Below, one piece after another: positions 13,110 to 25,495 of a stretch of DNA of 64,000 nucleotides. The notes below the pieces were generated by a model. The model made no database searches, was not told where the DNA came from, and saw nothing but the letters and a program-made list of their open reading frames with translations. The DNA is from Mobula hypostoma (lineage: Eukaryota), in assembly GCF_963921235.1 (NCBI RefSeq), contig NC_086097.1, positions 229,464,001 to 229,528,000 of the forward strand. Direction: 5' to 3'. The stretch's first letter is position 1. Each line of letters opens with the position of its first letter. A program made the position numbers and the translations under genes.

Positions 13110-14032
13110 TGCAGAGTGAAAGGTGAAGTAGCAGATGGTGGTGAATCAGGGAGTCAGCAGACAGACTTATACAGATTAGAAGACTGGGCAAAAAAGTGGC
13201 AGATGGAATACAGTGTAAGGAAGTAAATGGTCATACACTTCAGTAGAAGGAATAAAGGTGTAGACTATTTTGCAAATTGCCTGTACATTCAGAAGTTGGA
13301 AGTGCAAAGGGGCCTGGGAGTACTTGTGCAGGATTCCCTAAAGGTTAATTTCTAGGTTGAGTTGGTAATAAGGAAGGCAAATGAAATTTTAGCATTCATT
13401 TCAAGAGGTGAAGAATATAAAACAAGGATGTAATGCTGAGGCTTTATAAAGCATTGGTTATACTACATTTGGAATATTGTAAGCAGTTTTGGGCCCTATA
13501 TCTAAGAAAGGTGCTGGTGTTGGAGAGAGTTCGGAGAATGTTTACGAGAATGATCCTGGAAATGAAAGGGTTAATATGATGAGCATTTGAGGACTGGGCC
13601 TGTACTGACTGGTGTTTAGAAGAATGAAAAGGGAATCTCATTGAATCCAACTCAATATTGAAAGGCCTAGTTAGAGTAAATATGGAGAGGGTGTTTCCAA
13701 TAGTGGGGGAGTCTAGGATCAGAGGGCACAGCCTCAGAATAGAAGGATATCCCTTTAGAACAGAAATGCGGAGGAATTTCAAGAGGAACATCTGTTTAGA
13801 GTAGAGATGCGGAGGAATTTATTTAGCCAGAGGGAGATGAATCTGTGGAATTCATTGCTACAGATGGCCGTAGAGGCCAAGCCATTGGGTATTTTAAAAT
13901 GGATATTGATAAGTAACGGTGCCGAAGATTGTAGGAGAACATGATTGTAAGGGAATATAAATAAGTCTTGGTCGAATGGCAAAGTTGACTCAATGGGCTA
14001 AGTGACCTAATTCTGTTCCTTTGTCTTACGGT
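13110..14032 (+). mobile_element. Degenerate CR1 3' fragment
   Basis: Decayed RT C-terminal motifs and CR1 tail; ~35-bp internal tandem duplication at about 13745-13820. Confidence 0.75.
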
Positions 14033-15212
14033 TTTTATACTATAGAAATAGATGCTTGAAAGCTACTTGTTAACTAACTTATTCAGGTTATGACTAGAGG
14101 GGGCATCATGTATTGTTGATTACTACATTTTGGACTCCACTATTGAGGTTTTGAACAATAAAACAAGTATGATGCTCTTACAATTTGGTGTCATTCCCTT
14201 AATATAAAATTAGAAAGTGGGGTTTATCCTATGAGGGCTTCTTTAATTAGAGCTGAATGTCTGCTTGGTAGTGTTCTGCTAACAGTATAATGTTGTACTT
14301 CATGGGCCTCTTATTTATATATGAATGAAAATTAGAAAAAAAGAGTTTGTTTGTCTTAATGTCGGAAGAATGCTCTAGTCTGAAAATAGTGTTCCTTTTG
14401 CTTATTTTCAGAATAACTGCAGAGCTACATTTAAAAAAAAGAAATCGAGCCTTGCCGCCTTTCTCTAGTACTTAGTTTTTTTTGTTTTAAATCTGACCAT
14501 GGCAACTACAGGTTTGAGACCTGTAGTTGACAAATATGTAAATGTAGCTTAAAATATCAGTAAGTACATCAAAATGTAACTGAATTCTGTGCGTTTTTTT
14601 TTCATTTGGATGTCGAGAACCACAGCTATAATTTCCAGTGACGTTCACCAGAATTCCAAGTGCAAATTAATATAATCAAAATTTTTGCAGACTGGAAGGG
14701 CATCTGTAAGTGACTTCTCAAAAGTATAGTACATTTCATTTGTAAAAAAAATTTGCAGAAATCAAATAAATATGATTTAGATAGAAGCAGAAGAAATTAT
14801 CTAATAAACTGGCAGAAAATAGTGTCTCACCTAGTATTTTTTCCACGATAACATCTTTTGATTTCTTTGGTATATTTATTTGATTCATCCATTTTGACAG
14901 TGCTCATGTTTGGTCAAGATTACTGCAAATTGGTAATTGCTCTAAAGCATCAAAATAGAACATCCAAAAACCTTTCAGCTGCAGTATTTTCCATAAAGCC
15001 TAGTATCGATTAATTTCCATGTTGTCAATACATTTTCAATCTGATTATTTTTTAGAAAGACCTGTTGTATCTTTACATGTTTGATTTTTTTTAACTCTAT
15101 ATCCTGATTACTTCTTATTACCAAAATTAAACAAAAATGAAGTAATTTACTTTGAAAGTTGAAGCCTCCTATAGCATATGAAAAACAGGTGTTTCATTGT
15201 TCTAATAATATA

Positions 15213-16820
15213 TCATAAGATATAGGAGCAGGATTAGATCTTTTGCCCCATCGAGTCTGCTCTGCTGTTTCATTATGCCTGATCAGCCCCAATTTCCTGA
15301 CTTCTCCCTATACCTCCATGTCTTGATCAATCAAGAATCTATCAATCTTTAAATGTACATAAAGACTTGTTTTCCGCAGCTGCCCGTGGCAAAGAATTCC
15401 ACAGGTTCACTACCTTCTAAAGATCATTTGGGGAGGGTTCTAACCAATTTGGCTGGGGAGTGGGTGGGAACTGGAGTGAAGGGACTCAGGATAGAACAGA
15501 TGGTTTTAAAAAAAAAACAAAGATAACTTGCAGTCAGACTGTCAGGAAGGGCAGGCAGATGATAGAACAAAATTGCAGCCAGCAAGGTGAGTATCAGTGC
15601 ATTAGGAATGCTGAATCAAAAAGTGTAGCAAATGCAGTACTCCCAAGTGTTGTATCTCAATACACGGAGTATAAGAAATAAGGTGGATGATTTTGTTCCA
15701 CTTTTGCAGATTGTCGGGTATGATACTGTGGCTAAAGGATGGTTGTAGTTGGTAGCTGAATATCCAAAGTTACACATTGCATTAGAGGTTTAGGAAGGTA
15801 GACAGAGGGGGTTGTGTGGCTCTCCTGGTAAAGAATGGCATGAAATCAGTAGAAAGGTGTGACAGGATTGGAAGATGCTGAACCCTTGTGGGTTGAGTAA
15901 AGCAAATGCAAGGGAAAAGGACCCTGATGTGAGTTATATACAGGCCTCCAAACAGCAACTGTGATGTGGACTACAGATTACAGTAGGGTAATAGAAAAGG
16001 GCAATGTTATGATAGTTATGGGAGATTTTAACTTGCAGATAGATAGGGAAAATCAGGTTGGTAGTGGATCTCAAGAGTGAATTTGTTGAATGCCTACCTG
16101 ATGACTTTTTAGAGCAGTTTGTCGTTGAGCCTACTGGGGGATCAGCTATACTGGATTGGGTGATGTGTAATGCAGGGGTTCCCAACTTTCTGCGCACCCT
16201 GGACCCGTTTAATATTGACATTATTCCTGTGGACCTCACGTGCGTTTAAGTTCAACAGTGGGCATGACAGGGAATGAGGAAAGGTGCAGCTGACTCATAT
16301 CAGTTCATATCGCCAAATCATATTGTTTCCTCACGGCCCATAGCACATGCTCACGGCCCGGTAGTTGGGGACCACTGGTGTAATGAACCGAAGGTCATTA
16401 GGGAGCTTATGGTAGAGGAACTGCCAGTGATCACAATATGATTGAGTTCAACTTGAAATTTCCCATTCCTTCTCTTGTCAGTCACCCAGCTACTCGCTTC
16501 CTGCAACTTAATGACTACTTCGCTGTAACTCCAATTGTCTGAAAAGTTTGAAACAAAGCCATCAATTCCGTTATCTAAATCATTGACATATAATTTAAAA
16601 AGAATCAGTCCCAACACAGAACCCTGTGGACACCACTAATCAAGTCAGAAAAGTCTCACTTTATTCCCACTCTTTGCCTCCTGCCAATCAACCACTGCTT
16701 TTTCCATGCTGGAATCTTTCCTGTAATACCATGGGCTCATAGCTTGTTAAGCAGCTTCATGTGTGGCACCTTGTCAAAAGCCTTCTGAAAATCCAGGTAC
16801 ACAGCATCAACCAGTTCTCA
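15213..16820. mobile_element. Cluster of old CR1 fragments (3' end on -, endonuclease region on +, RT on -)
   Basis: 15213-15420 reverse CR1 tail; 15425-16460 IYRPP/MGDFN/FLEQFVVEPT..AILD; 16460-16820 reverse RT (NDLDNGIDGFVSNFSD). Confidence 0.7.
16173..16377. mobile_element. hAT (Charlie-like) MITE, 205 bp
   Basis: TIRs caggggttcccaac / gttggggaccactg; perfect 8-bp TSD gtgtaatg at 16165-16172 and 16378-16385. Confidence 0.9.
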
Positions 16821-16830
16821 TATGGGAGAT

Positions 16831-18180
16831 AAGATTCAAGATTCAAAAAACTCTATTGATAGATAGTTAGATAGATATACTTTATTAATCCCGAGAGAAA
16901 TTGGTTTCGTTACAGCCGCACCAACCAAGAATAGAGCGTAAATATAGCAATACAAAAAACCCCTAACAAATAAACAACAAAATGCAAACTATGCCAGATG
17001 GAAAATAAGTCCAGGACCAGTCTATTGGCTCAGGGTGTCTGACCCTCCACAGGAGGAACTGCACGTTCGGTGACCACAGGCAGGAACGACCTCCCATGCC
17101 GCCAAGTGTTGTATCACGGTGGAATGTGGCCGAAGTCCAACAGTAAAAAGTTCAATATCCAGTCTGCAAACATGTTCCTCAATCGTAATATGCCCCGGAT
17201 TGCACCATCCGTTGTTAGCCAGAACAGTAAGCACCCAACTCCTTTACGCTTACCGCTCTCAGTGCACTTACGGTCAGGTGGAATGCTATTACCCACCGAA
17301 CTTCTCTTCTCCAAAAGTCTCTGTTGTCTCGACCCGGTCCTCTTTCCTTGGCTTTGTGATCCCCCTCTGCATCCTCTGTGTGTTTTCCTCCGGATTTCAG
17401 CAGGGGTGTCCGCCGCTCAGCTAAGCTGGCCGGTATTTGCTGGTCCATGGAATACACAATGCAACCTTGCTTCTGTCCTGCGTGTTGGGATGTAACCATT
17501 TCCAGCGCTAAAGAAAACCCAAATAAAATTGTCATTCTAACCGTACATCAGCTCTGCAGGACAGAATGAGACTGCGTTTCTCAGGGGCAGTGCAATCATA
17601 ACATAACAAATGCAACACTAGATAAAAAACATAACAAATAGTAAAACACAACAGCCACACGTCAGTTAAGATCAGTTATAAGTGTCCGGTGCAAGTTAGG
17701 TGTCCGAAGCAGAGTCAGGTAGAGCAGCTATTTAGCAGTCTGACTGCCTGTGGGAGGAAGCTGTTTAGTAGCCTTGTGGTTTTAGTTTTGATGCTCCTGT
17801 AACGTTTGCCTGATGGCAGAAGAACAAACAGTTCATGGAGAGGGTGTGAGGGGTCTTTAATGATGTACGTGTCTTCTGGAGGAATCGACTCTGAAAGAGG
17901 TCTTGGACAGAAGGTAGGGAGACCCCAATAACCTTGTCTGCTCCCTAACCACCCTCTGCAAGGCTTTTTTGTCGACAGCACTGCAGCTGGAGTACCAGGT
18001 TGTGATGCAAAAGGTCAGCACACTCTCAACCACGCCTCTGTAGAATGTAGTTAAGATATTAGTGGGGAGTGATGCTTGTTTAAGCTTCCTCAGAAAGTGC
18101 AATCTCTGCTGGGCCTGTTTCACAATCCCAGTGGTGTTCCTGGACCAGGTGAGATTGTCTGAGATCTGCACCCCAAGTCT
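16831..18180 (-). mobile_element. Rex1/Babar LINE 3' fragment, interrupted
   Basis: LGVQISDNLTWSRNT..KQAQQRLHFLRKL..FYRGVVESVLTFCITTWY; LLPSGKRYRS..SFLPQAVRLLN; (ttgaatc)n tail. Confidence 0.85.
16859..17528 (-). mobile_element. Non-autonomous Rex1/Babar derivative, copy 2 (5'-truncated)
   Basis: Colinear with 2371-3031, including the same internal junctions; flanked by attg (16855-16858 and 17528-17531). Confidence 0.8.
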
Positions 18181-19084
18181 TTTGAGTAATATTAAAAAAA
18201 AATTATTGGAAGTATGCAGCAGGTTAGGGAAGTATTTACAGAGCACAGAAAATGCTAACATTGTCTTAATAGGGCTTGTATGTGACCTCTGTGCTCTGTG
18301 TTGTTTTGCACTCTTAATGCATTTCAGTTGACAATGTGAGATGTTAACTTTATTTACCCCTGGACTGCTGGACTTACTGAAAGCAAATTTTCTGCTTTTA
18401 CTTGTTTTCGACTATCAACATTTGCTTTGAATCTTGCCTGGCTGGAGGAGGTTAGCAACAATGGATAACTGTTAAGCTATAGCAAATCATTGATTATAAA
18501 AGGAGAAATTGGCCAGATATTCTCACCCTGGCCTATTCTGCTTGCCCTGGCACTGACTTGGTTGGATATTGCTTTTATTGCAGGCAAATATGATTGGGCT
18601 GACCCACCTGACACAAGAAACCCAAGCAACGTTGAGTAGGCTCTGGTTAGACCTTGGAATGCCCTACCATTACGTTCAAGCACTTGCTGCTCTCAGGGGA
18701 TTTTGAAATGCTTTTGTTTCAATGATTTATTTAAGAAATATTGAATTAAATTCTATACTTCAACATTTATAAAGAACACAAATTAATTTTAATGAAATAG
18801 TATTTAAATAGATTAAAATAAAATCTTGAAATATTTGCTGTGCAGCTCATTTAAATTCTAACAGGTGTTTTCTATTTTTGCAGTTACAAATTTTGTATTT
18901 TCTTAATATTTTGAGCCAATAACTAAACTGCCCCTTCTTGTGATACAGTAAAAGGAAAGCCAGCATTTTGTGGAAAAATTCCTGTTAATTGAGTTCAACT
19001 TTAGTGTCTTGTTTATTGATAGTATATATATATATTTTAAGTGCTGGGTCCTTTTGTTGTTTATCATCCAGATCATTGATATTG

Positions 19085-19990
19085 ATGGTTAACTGGATCA
19101 GCAAATTTGTGGGCGACACCAAGAATGAGGGTGTAATGGACAGCGAGGAAGGCTGTCATGCCTTGTGGAGAGATCTGCTTCAGTTGGAAAATTGGGCTGA
19201 AAATGGCAGATGGAATTTAATGCAGAAAAGTGAGAGGTTTTGCACTTCAGTGGGACCAAACAGGGTAGGTCTTGCACAGTAGGGCACTGAGGATTGTGGT
19301 AGAACAAAAGGGATCTTGGAATACAAGTGCATAATTCATTGAAAGCGGCGTCACAGGTAAATGGGGTTGTAAACAATGTTTTTGACACATTGGTCTTCAT
19401 AAACCAATGTATTGAGTGCAGGAGATGGGATGTTATGTTGAAATTGTATAAGATGTTGGAAGGGCTTGATTTGGAGTACAGTGTGCAGTTTTTAGTCACC
19501 TACCTACAGTAAAGATGTAAATATTGTTGACAGTGTACAGAGAAAATTCACAAGTGTGTTGCTAGTTCTGGAGGACCTGAGTTATAAGGAAAGATTGAGT
19601 AGGCTAGGACTTTATTCCTTAGAATTTAGATGATTGAGAGGTGGTTTGATAGAGGTATGCAGAATTTGATAGGGGTACAGATAAGGAAGCAGGCTTTTTC
19701 CACTAAGGTTGGCTGGGATTACAACCAGAGGTCATAAGTTAAGGGAGAAAGGTAAGAAGTTTAAGTGAAACATGAGGGGAAACTTCACTCAGAAGGTCAT
19801 GATAGTGTGGAAATAGCTGCCAGCTCAAGTGGTGCATGTGAGCTCAATTTCAACATTAAGAGAAGTTTGGATAGGTGGATAGCTAGTAGGGTTATGGTCC
19901 TGGTGCAGATCGTTGGGAGTCTGCAGTCTAAATGTTTCACATGGACTAGATGGGCCAAGTGGTCTATTTCTGTGCTGTACTTTAACTATG
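19085..19990 (+). mobile_element. Degenerate CR1 3' fragment
   Basis: WISKFVGDTK, LEYSVQF and CR1-like tail. Confidence 0.75.
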
Positions 19991-20090
19991 GGATTCCTTT
20001 TGAACAATTGTGAATAAGAATGGATTGAGGTTGATTATTCTCCCCTCTTCAATTTCAACAAGAAATGTGCTGGCTGACATGTATTTTCTT

Positions 20091-20784
20091 TTCGGTAAGA
20101 TGGCGGCGTGTTCGGCTGCAGCAACTTCCAAGGGTCAACCAAAGGTGGTGTTGTCTTTTTTAAATGTATTTTTTATGATCACAAGACCCTGCTAAACATT
20201 AAGAACTTCAAATACTGCAGGTCTACCCCATCAACGAGTTGCTCATTGGTGGAGAAACTGAAGGAGCTAGACTTGGTGCAGATCGTGCTGCTGCCTGTGT
20301 TAGAGGGGTGTTGGAGGGGACAGGTCACAAAGGAGGTGTGCAGTCCAGCAGCGAGTGATCGTCTTAATTGCTTTTCTTGTGATCACAAGACCCTGTTGCA
20401 CATTGTTAATGTGAAATGCTGCAAGTCTGATACGCTGATTTATTGGACGATGCCAGGGGAGTTGCAAGGACTAGGGCTCAAGCTGTGCTGTTGCCTGTAT
20501 ATAGCCACCCAGGGGCCCTTTGGAGTCACTGCTGACCTAAGTGTTCACTCAGCAGAGGACAGGCATTTGACTGTAAGCTAGTGCAACATTCATGGAGTTA
20601 GGATCTTGAACTACTATTTTTTTTTGTGACTGTATTTTACTGATATCTTGTATGTGCTAAATGTTTCTTGTGCTGTGTGTAACTGTTAGTACTGTGTTTT
20701 GCACCTAGGCCTCAAAGTAATGCTGTTTCATTTTGCTGTGTTCATGGAGATTCATGTATGTTGAATGACAGACTTGAACTTGAA
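20091..20784 (+). mobile_element. Non-coding SINE-like element with Rex/Babar-type 5' motif and 3' tail
   Basis: Begins ttcggtaagatggcggcg; internal ~55-bp repeat 'tgatcacaagaccctg...' (~20175, ~20380); tail '...tgaatgacagacttgaacttgaa' matches the reverse complement of 26668-26757. Confidence 0.55.
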
Positions 20785-21877
20785 ATTAAGATGTGTGGCT
20801 ACGTCACAATTGGCTAATATTTTTAACCCATAAAGTTAGTTATAAATTGAGATAGTGTTGGATTTGCCCAATGATTTGTTGCTGAGTAACGTTGGCCATA
20901 TGCTGAAGAGCATAAGTAGGAGCTATTGCGGTTGGCCATCCATTTGACCCATCAGGTGTGCTCTGCCTTTTGATCATGGCTGATCTATTGTCCCTCTCAG
21001 CCCCATTCTCCCACCTTTCTGCATTTGCCCTGGAACAACAGATTGTTTACCAACATCCTGAGAAGAATAGTGGAAGTAATGCTCAAATGTGAATATCTTT
21101 CTAAAACGAGAAAGGCTAAGCAAAAGACTGCTACGGTGCTCTTAGCTGCTGAAAGGACTTGTGCCCATCCCTCAGCACTGACACCAGTGTTAATCTTAAC
21201 ATTTTACTAGTATTGAAAATATACTATTGGGATTTCTGTAGAATTTTTATAATGCATTCTTTTGAATAACCAAATAATAATCCAGTGGTGATGGATTTTG
21301 TAATTCCGTCATCAGCTACTGTGAAGATGAAGAGGATTTAAAGCTGCATTGTGCTAAGATGAAGTGTTAATGGTAACATGTTGATGGAAGTAATTTGAAA
21401 TGAAGTTGCAGGATTGTAAATTTAAAAATTCTTGCGTAAAGCTTATTTGTTTAAGAATAGTTTACCTTCATATCGATAATGAAATGTTATTAAATATACT
21501 CTAATAATAAAGTGGATTTTGGTATGAATTGAGTAATTTTATCAAGAGTGGATAGTTTTTGAATACATTTGCTCACTTTCTGTGGCAGAGTAATAATCAT
21601 AGAGCTATGAAGCTCAAGGAATACGTATTAAATGTATAAATTGAGCAGTTAGATTATTTTCCCAATTTTCTTTTGGATCTAGTGCCATTATGCAGTATGT
21701 ATGTATACATAATATTGTTGGAAGATGCCTTGACTTTGCATAATCACCAGCTATATTTTTGACTGAAGCAGATGTAAAGAGATTTTATTCAGCATTTTAC
21801 TGAATTTCACTCAGTATAAGAAAATGTTAATAATTTAACAGCCAAGTACCAATCAAGGGAAAAGGAGAAAGAACATT

Positions 21878-22877
21878 AGGATTGTGACTAGTGGTGTCCC
21901 ACAAGGATCTGTTCTGGGACTTCTACTTTTTGTGATTTTTATTAACGACCTGGATGTGGGGGTAGAAGGCTGGGTTGGCAAGTTTGCAGACGACACAAAG
22001 ATTGGTGGTGTTGTGGATAGTGTAGAGGATTGTCAAAGATTGCAGAGAGACATTGATAGGATGCAGAAGTGGGCTGAGAAGTGGCAGATGGAGTTCAACC
22101 CGGAGAAGTGTGAGGTGGTACACTTTGGAAGGACAAACTCCAAGGCAGAGTACAAAGTAAATGGCAGGATACTTGGTAGTGTGGAGGAGCAGAGGGATCT
22201 TGGGGTACATGTCCACAGATCCCTGAAAGTTGCCTCACAGGTGGATAGGGTAGTTAAGAAAGCTTATGGGGTGTTAGCTTTCATAAGTCGAGGGATAGAG
22301 TTTAAGAGTCATGATGTAATGATGCAGCTGTATAAAACTCTGGTTAGGCCACACTTGGAGTACTGTGTCCAGTTCTGGTCACCTCATTATAGGAAGGATG
22401 TGGAAGCATTGGAAAGGGTACAGAGGAGATTTATCAGGATGCTGCCTGGTTTAGAAAGTATGCATTATGATCAGAGATTAAGGGAGCTGGGGGCTTTACT
22501 CTTTGGAGAGAAGGAGGATGAGAGGAGACATGATAGAGGTGTACAAGATAATAAGAGGAATAGATAGAGTGGATAGCCAACGCCTCTTCCCCAGGGCGCC
22601 ACTGCTCAATACAAGAGGACATGGCTTTAAGGTAAGGGGTGGGAAGTTCAAGGGGGATATTAGAGGAAGGTTTTTTACTCAGAGAGTGGTTGGTGTGTGG
22701 AATGCACTGCCTGAGTCGGTGGTGGAGGCAGATACACTAGTGCAGTTTAAGAGACTACTAGACAGATATATGAAGGAATTTAAGGTGGGGGGTTATATGA
22801 GATGCAGGGTTTGAGAGTCGGCACAACATTGTGGGCCGAAGGGCCTGTACTGTGCTGTACTATTCTATGTTCTATGT
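21878..22877 (+). mobile_element. Young 5'-truncated CR1 LINE
   Basis: GVPQGSVLG..FADDTK..PHLEYCVQFWSP; one frameshift near 22490; (ttctatg)n tail; same subfamily as 49959-52080 and 57088-60532. Confidence 0.92.
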
Positions 22878-23073
22878 TAACAAAAGGGAAATTATTTAAT
22901 ACGGTGCAGTTTAAAAGAGATTATAACTGACTGAAGTGGTGAAGAAACAAACAGTGTGTCAACGGTGGGTATCATGGTGGTCTGGCTAAGGAGTCAGTGT
23001 ATTGACCTCTGAGAAAGAAGAGCTTGTATCATTAGCAGTAAGTATAGGATACTAATCAAAAGAAAGCTATATA

Positions 23074-23578
23074 CAGGTTTCCCCCGCTATCTGAAGGTAG
23101 AGCGTTCCTTTGAAGCCGTTCATAAGCCGAAATGACGTAAAGCGAAGAAGCAATTACCTTTAATTTATATGGGAACATTTTTTGAGCGTTCATAAAACCT
23201 AAAATAACACTAACATATAGTAAAAGCAGGAATGATATAAATATCCTATATAAAGTAGAAATAATGTATATACAGTGTAATTTCACTTAACAGAATTGGG
23301 AAGTTTGAGCTAAAATCGATTTGTTGAAAAAAAATCGGCATGTGCACGCATGTGCACATCACGCATTCGCATGTACATGCACGTCACGCATGTGCACACC
23401 TGCCCGGGCAAGGCTTCATGGTCATGGTAGTCTTTCTTGGGGTAAACACAAGTTTAAAGCGAGCATCTTTTTTCATAAAAGCGAAAATCCTCTCAGTTAA
23501 CGAAAACGGGTACTAATGTAGGTCTTTTGTAAAAGCGAAATGTCGTAAAGAGAACGTTCGGAAAGCGGGGGACACCTG
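23074..23578. mobile_element. pogo/Tigger-type MITE, 505 bp
   Basis: TIRs caggtttcccccgctatctgaa / ttcggaaagcgggggacacctg; TA on both sides; subterminal 'gcgaaatg.cgtaaag' repeats. Confidence 0.85.
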
Positions 23579-23693
23579 TATTGCTGTTTCACTTGGAAGT
23601 GATACTGGAGCCTTCAGTAATGCAAGAGCGGTGGAGTGGAAAACAAGTAATTTATTTAGTTAAGTTAAAGGTAAAATCACTAGACTTTAGTTC

Positions 23694-24464
23694 CCCAAAC
23701 AGTCCTTCCAGGTGAGGCATCACTTCACCTCTGAGTTGACTGGGGTGATATACTGCGTCCGGTGCTCCCGATGTGGCCTTTTATATATTGGCGAGACCCG
23801 ACGCAGACTGGGAGACCGCTTTGCTGAACATCTACGCTCTGTCCGCCAGAGAAAGCAGGATCTCCCAGTGGCCACACATTTTAATTCCACATCCCATTCC
23901 CATTCTGACATGTCTATCCGCGGCCTCCTCTACTGTAAAGATGAAGCCACACTCAGGTTGGAGGAACAACACCTTATATTCCGTCTGGGTAGCCTCCAAC
24001 CTGATGGCATGAACATCGACTTCTCTAACTTCCGCTAAGGCCCCACCTCCCCCTCGTACCCCATCTGTTACTCATTTTTATGCACACATTCTTTCTCTCA
24101 CTCTCCTTTTTCTCCCTCTGTCCCTCTGAATATACCTCTTGCCCATCCTCTGGGTCACCCCCCCCCCGTCTTTCTTCCCGGACCTCCTGTCCCATGATCC
24201 TCTCGTATCCCCTTTTGCCTATCACCTGTCCAGCTCTCGGCTCTATCCCTCCCCCTCCTGTCTTCTCCTATCATTTTGGATCTCCCCCTCCCCCTCCAAC
24301 TTTCAAATCCCTTACTCACTTTTCCTTCAGTTAGTCCTGACGAAGGGTCTCGGCCTGAAACATCGACTGCACCTCTTCCTACAGATGCTGCTTGGCCTGC
24401 TGCGTTCACCAGCAACTTTGATGTATGTTGCTTGAATTTCCAGCATCTGCAGAATTCCTGTTGT
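23694..24464 (+). mobile_element. Penelope-like element 3' fragment (GIY-YIG endonuclease and pLTR)
   Basis: GVIYCVRCSRCGLLYIGET..RFAEH..LRLEEQHLI..GMN; 13-bp TSD tagactttagttc at 23681-23693 and 24465-24477. Confidence 0.92.
24333..24368 (+). ncRNA. Minimal type I hammerhead ribozyme motif in PLE pLTR
   Basis: agtc-CTGACGA-agggtctcggcct-GAAA-ca-TC-gact: stem I agtc/gact, core boxes, stem II; stem III CG decayed to CA. Confidence 0.65.
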
Positions 24465-25221
24465 TAGACTTTAGTTCTCCTGTGTCTATTAGATTTCTGT
24501 TGGGCAGCACTGAAACAGGGCAAGCCGAAGGGAAGATTTTATTTCCTCTGGAGAAAGTGACTGGCTGGATAACAGTAGTAAATATTAATATTTCTTGGAT
24601 TATTTTTCACATTATTTGCTATCAGTTAGCATGCTGTAGCAGAAATTAACATTGTTGTAATGGACCCAACTGCCTTTAGGATGAGAGTTGCAAGGACTCT
24701 TCTACACTCAGCTTCCTAATCCTCGGATGTTAAACCAAAACCAGATATGTGGAAGATTTTTTCAAATGTCATACTCGGTTAACAAAATTAACAATGTAGG
24801 ACAACTACATTTGGTCAGAAAAATATTTATTAATGCTTCATGAGTTTATGTGTGAGCAAAATCTTAGGGTCTGTAGACTACGATAAAATTAATTGTAATT
24901 TGGAAAAATGTGGTTTAATAAATATGTAGATTTGCTAAAAGTGAATCATCTTAGGCTAACTTGGTTGATTTTTTTTCTAGTGAAAGAATGAATAAAGTTA
25001 ATAAGTTGAGTGCTATCATGGCTGATGTACTGTCTCTCTCAACCCCATCCTCCTGCCCTCTCTTCATAATGTTTGATGCTCTAATTTATTAACCACAAAC
25101 CTAATAACCTCTACTTTAAGTATATACAGTGACTTGGCCTGCACAGCTGACTGTGACAGTGAATTCCACAGATTCACACTTAAAAATACCTTTACTTTTG
25201 AAAGCCCTGCAGGGGAAGGAA

Positions 25222-25495
25222 TAAAGATAAAAGAAGATAAAGATTTAGCTTTATTTGTCATATGTACGTTGCAACATACAGTGAAATGCATCATTTCCAT
25301 CAATGACAGTCTGAATATATGCTGAAGGTTTCCAGCGCCAACAAAACATATTCACAGCTTGCTAACCCTAACCCGTACGTCATTAGAATGTGGGAGGAAA
25401 TGGAGTGTCTGGAGGAAACCTATGTCATGGGTAGAACACACAGACTCCTTACAGTCACTGTAACAGTGTAACATGAACAACTACACTACTGTGCA
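25222..25495 (-). mobile_element. V-SINE with Rex/Babar-type tail
   Basis: V-domain 'gaatgtgggaggaaatggagtgtctggaggaaacc'; on the - strand the tail reads 'atgacaaataaagctaaatctttatct'. Confidence 0.55.

Noticed and set aside
23338..23400. Alternating purine-pyrimidine tract as a Z-DNA element
   Set aside because: Interrupted and internal to a MITE; no evidence of function.
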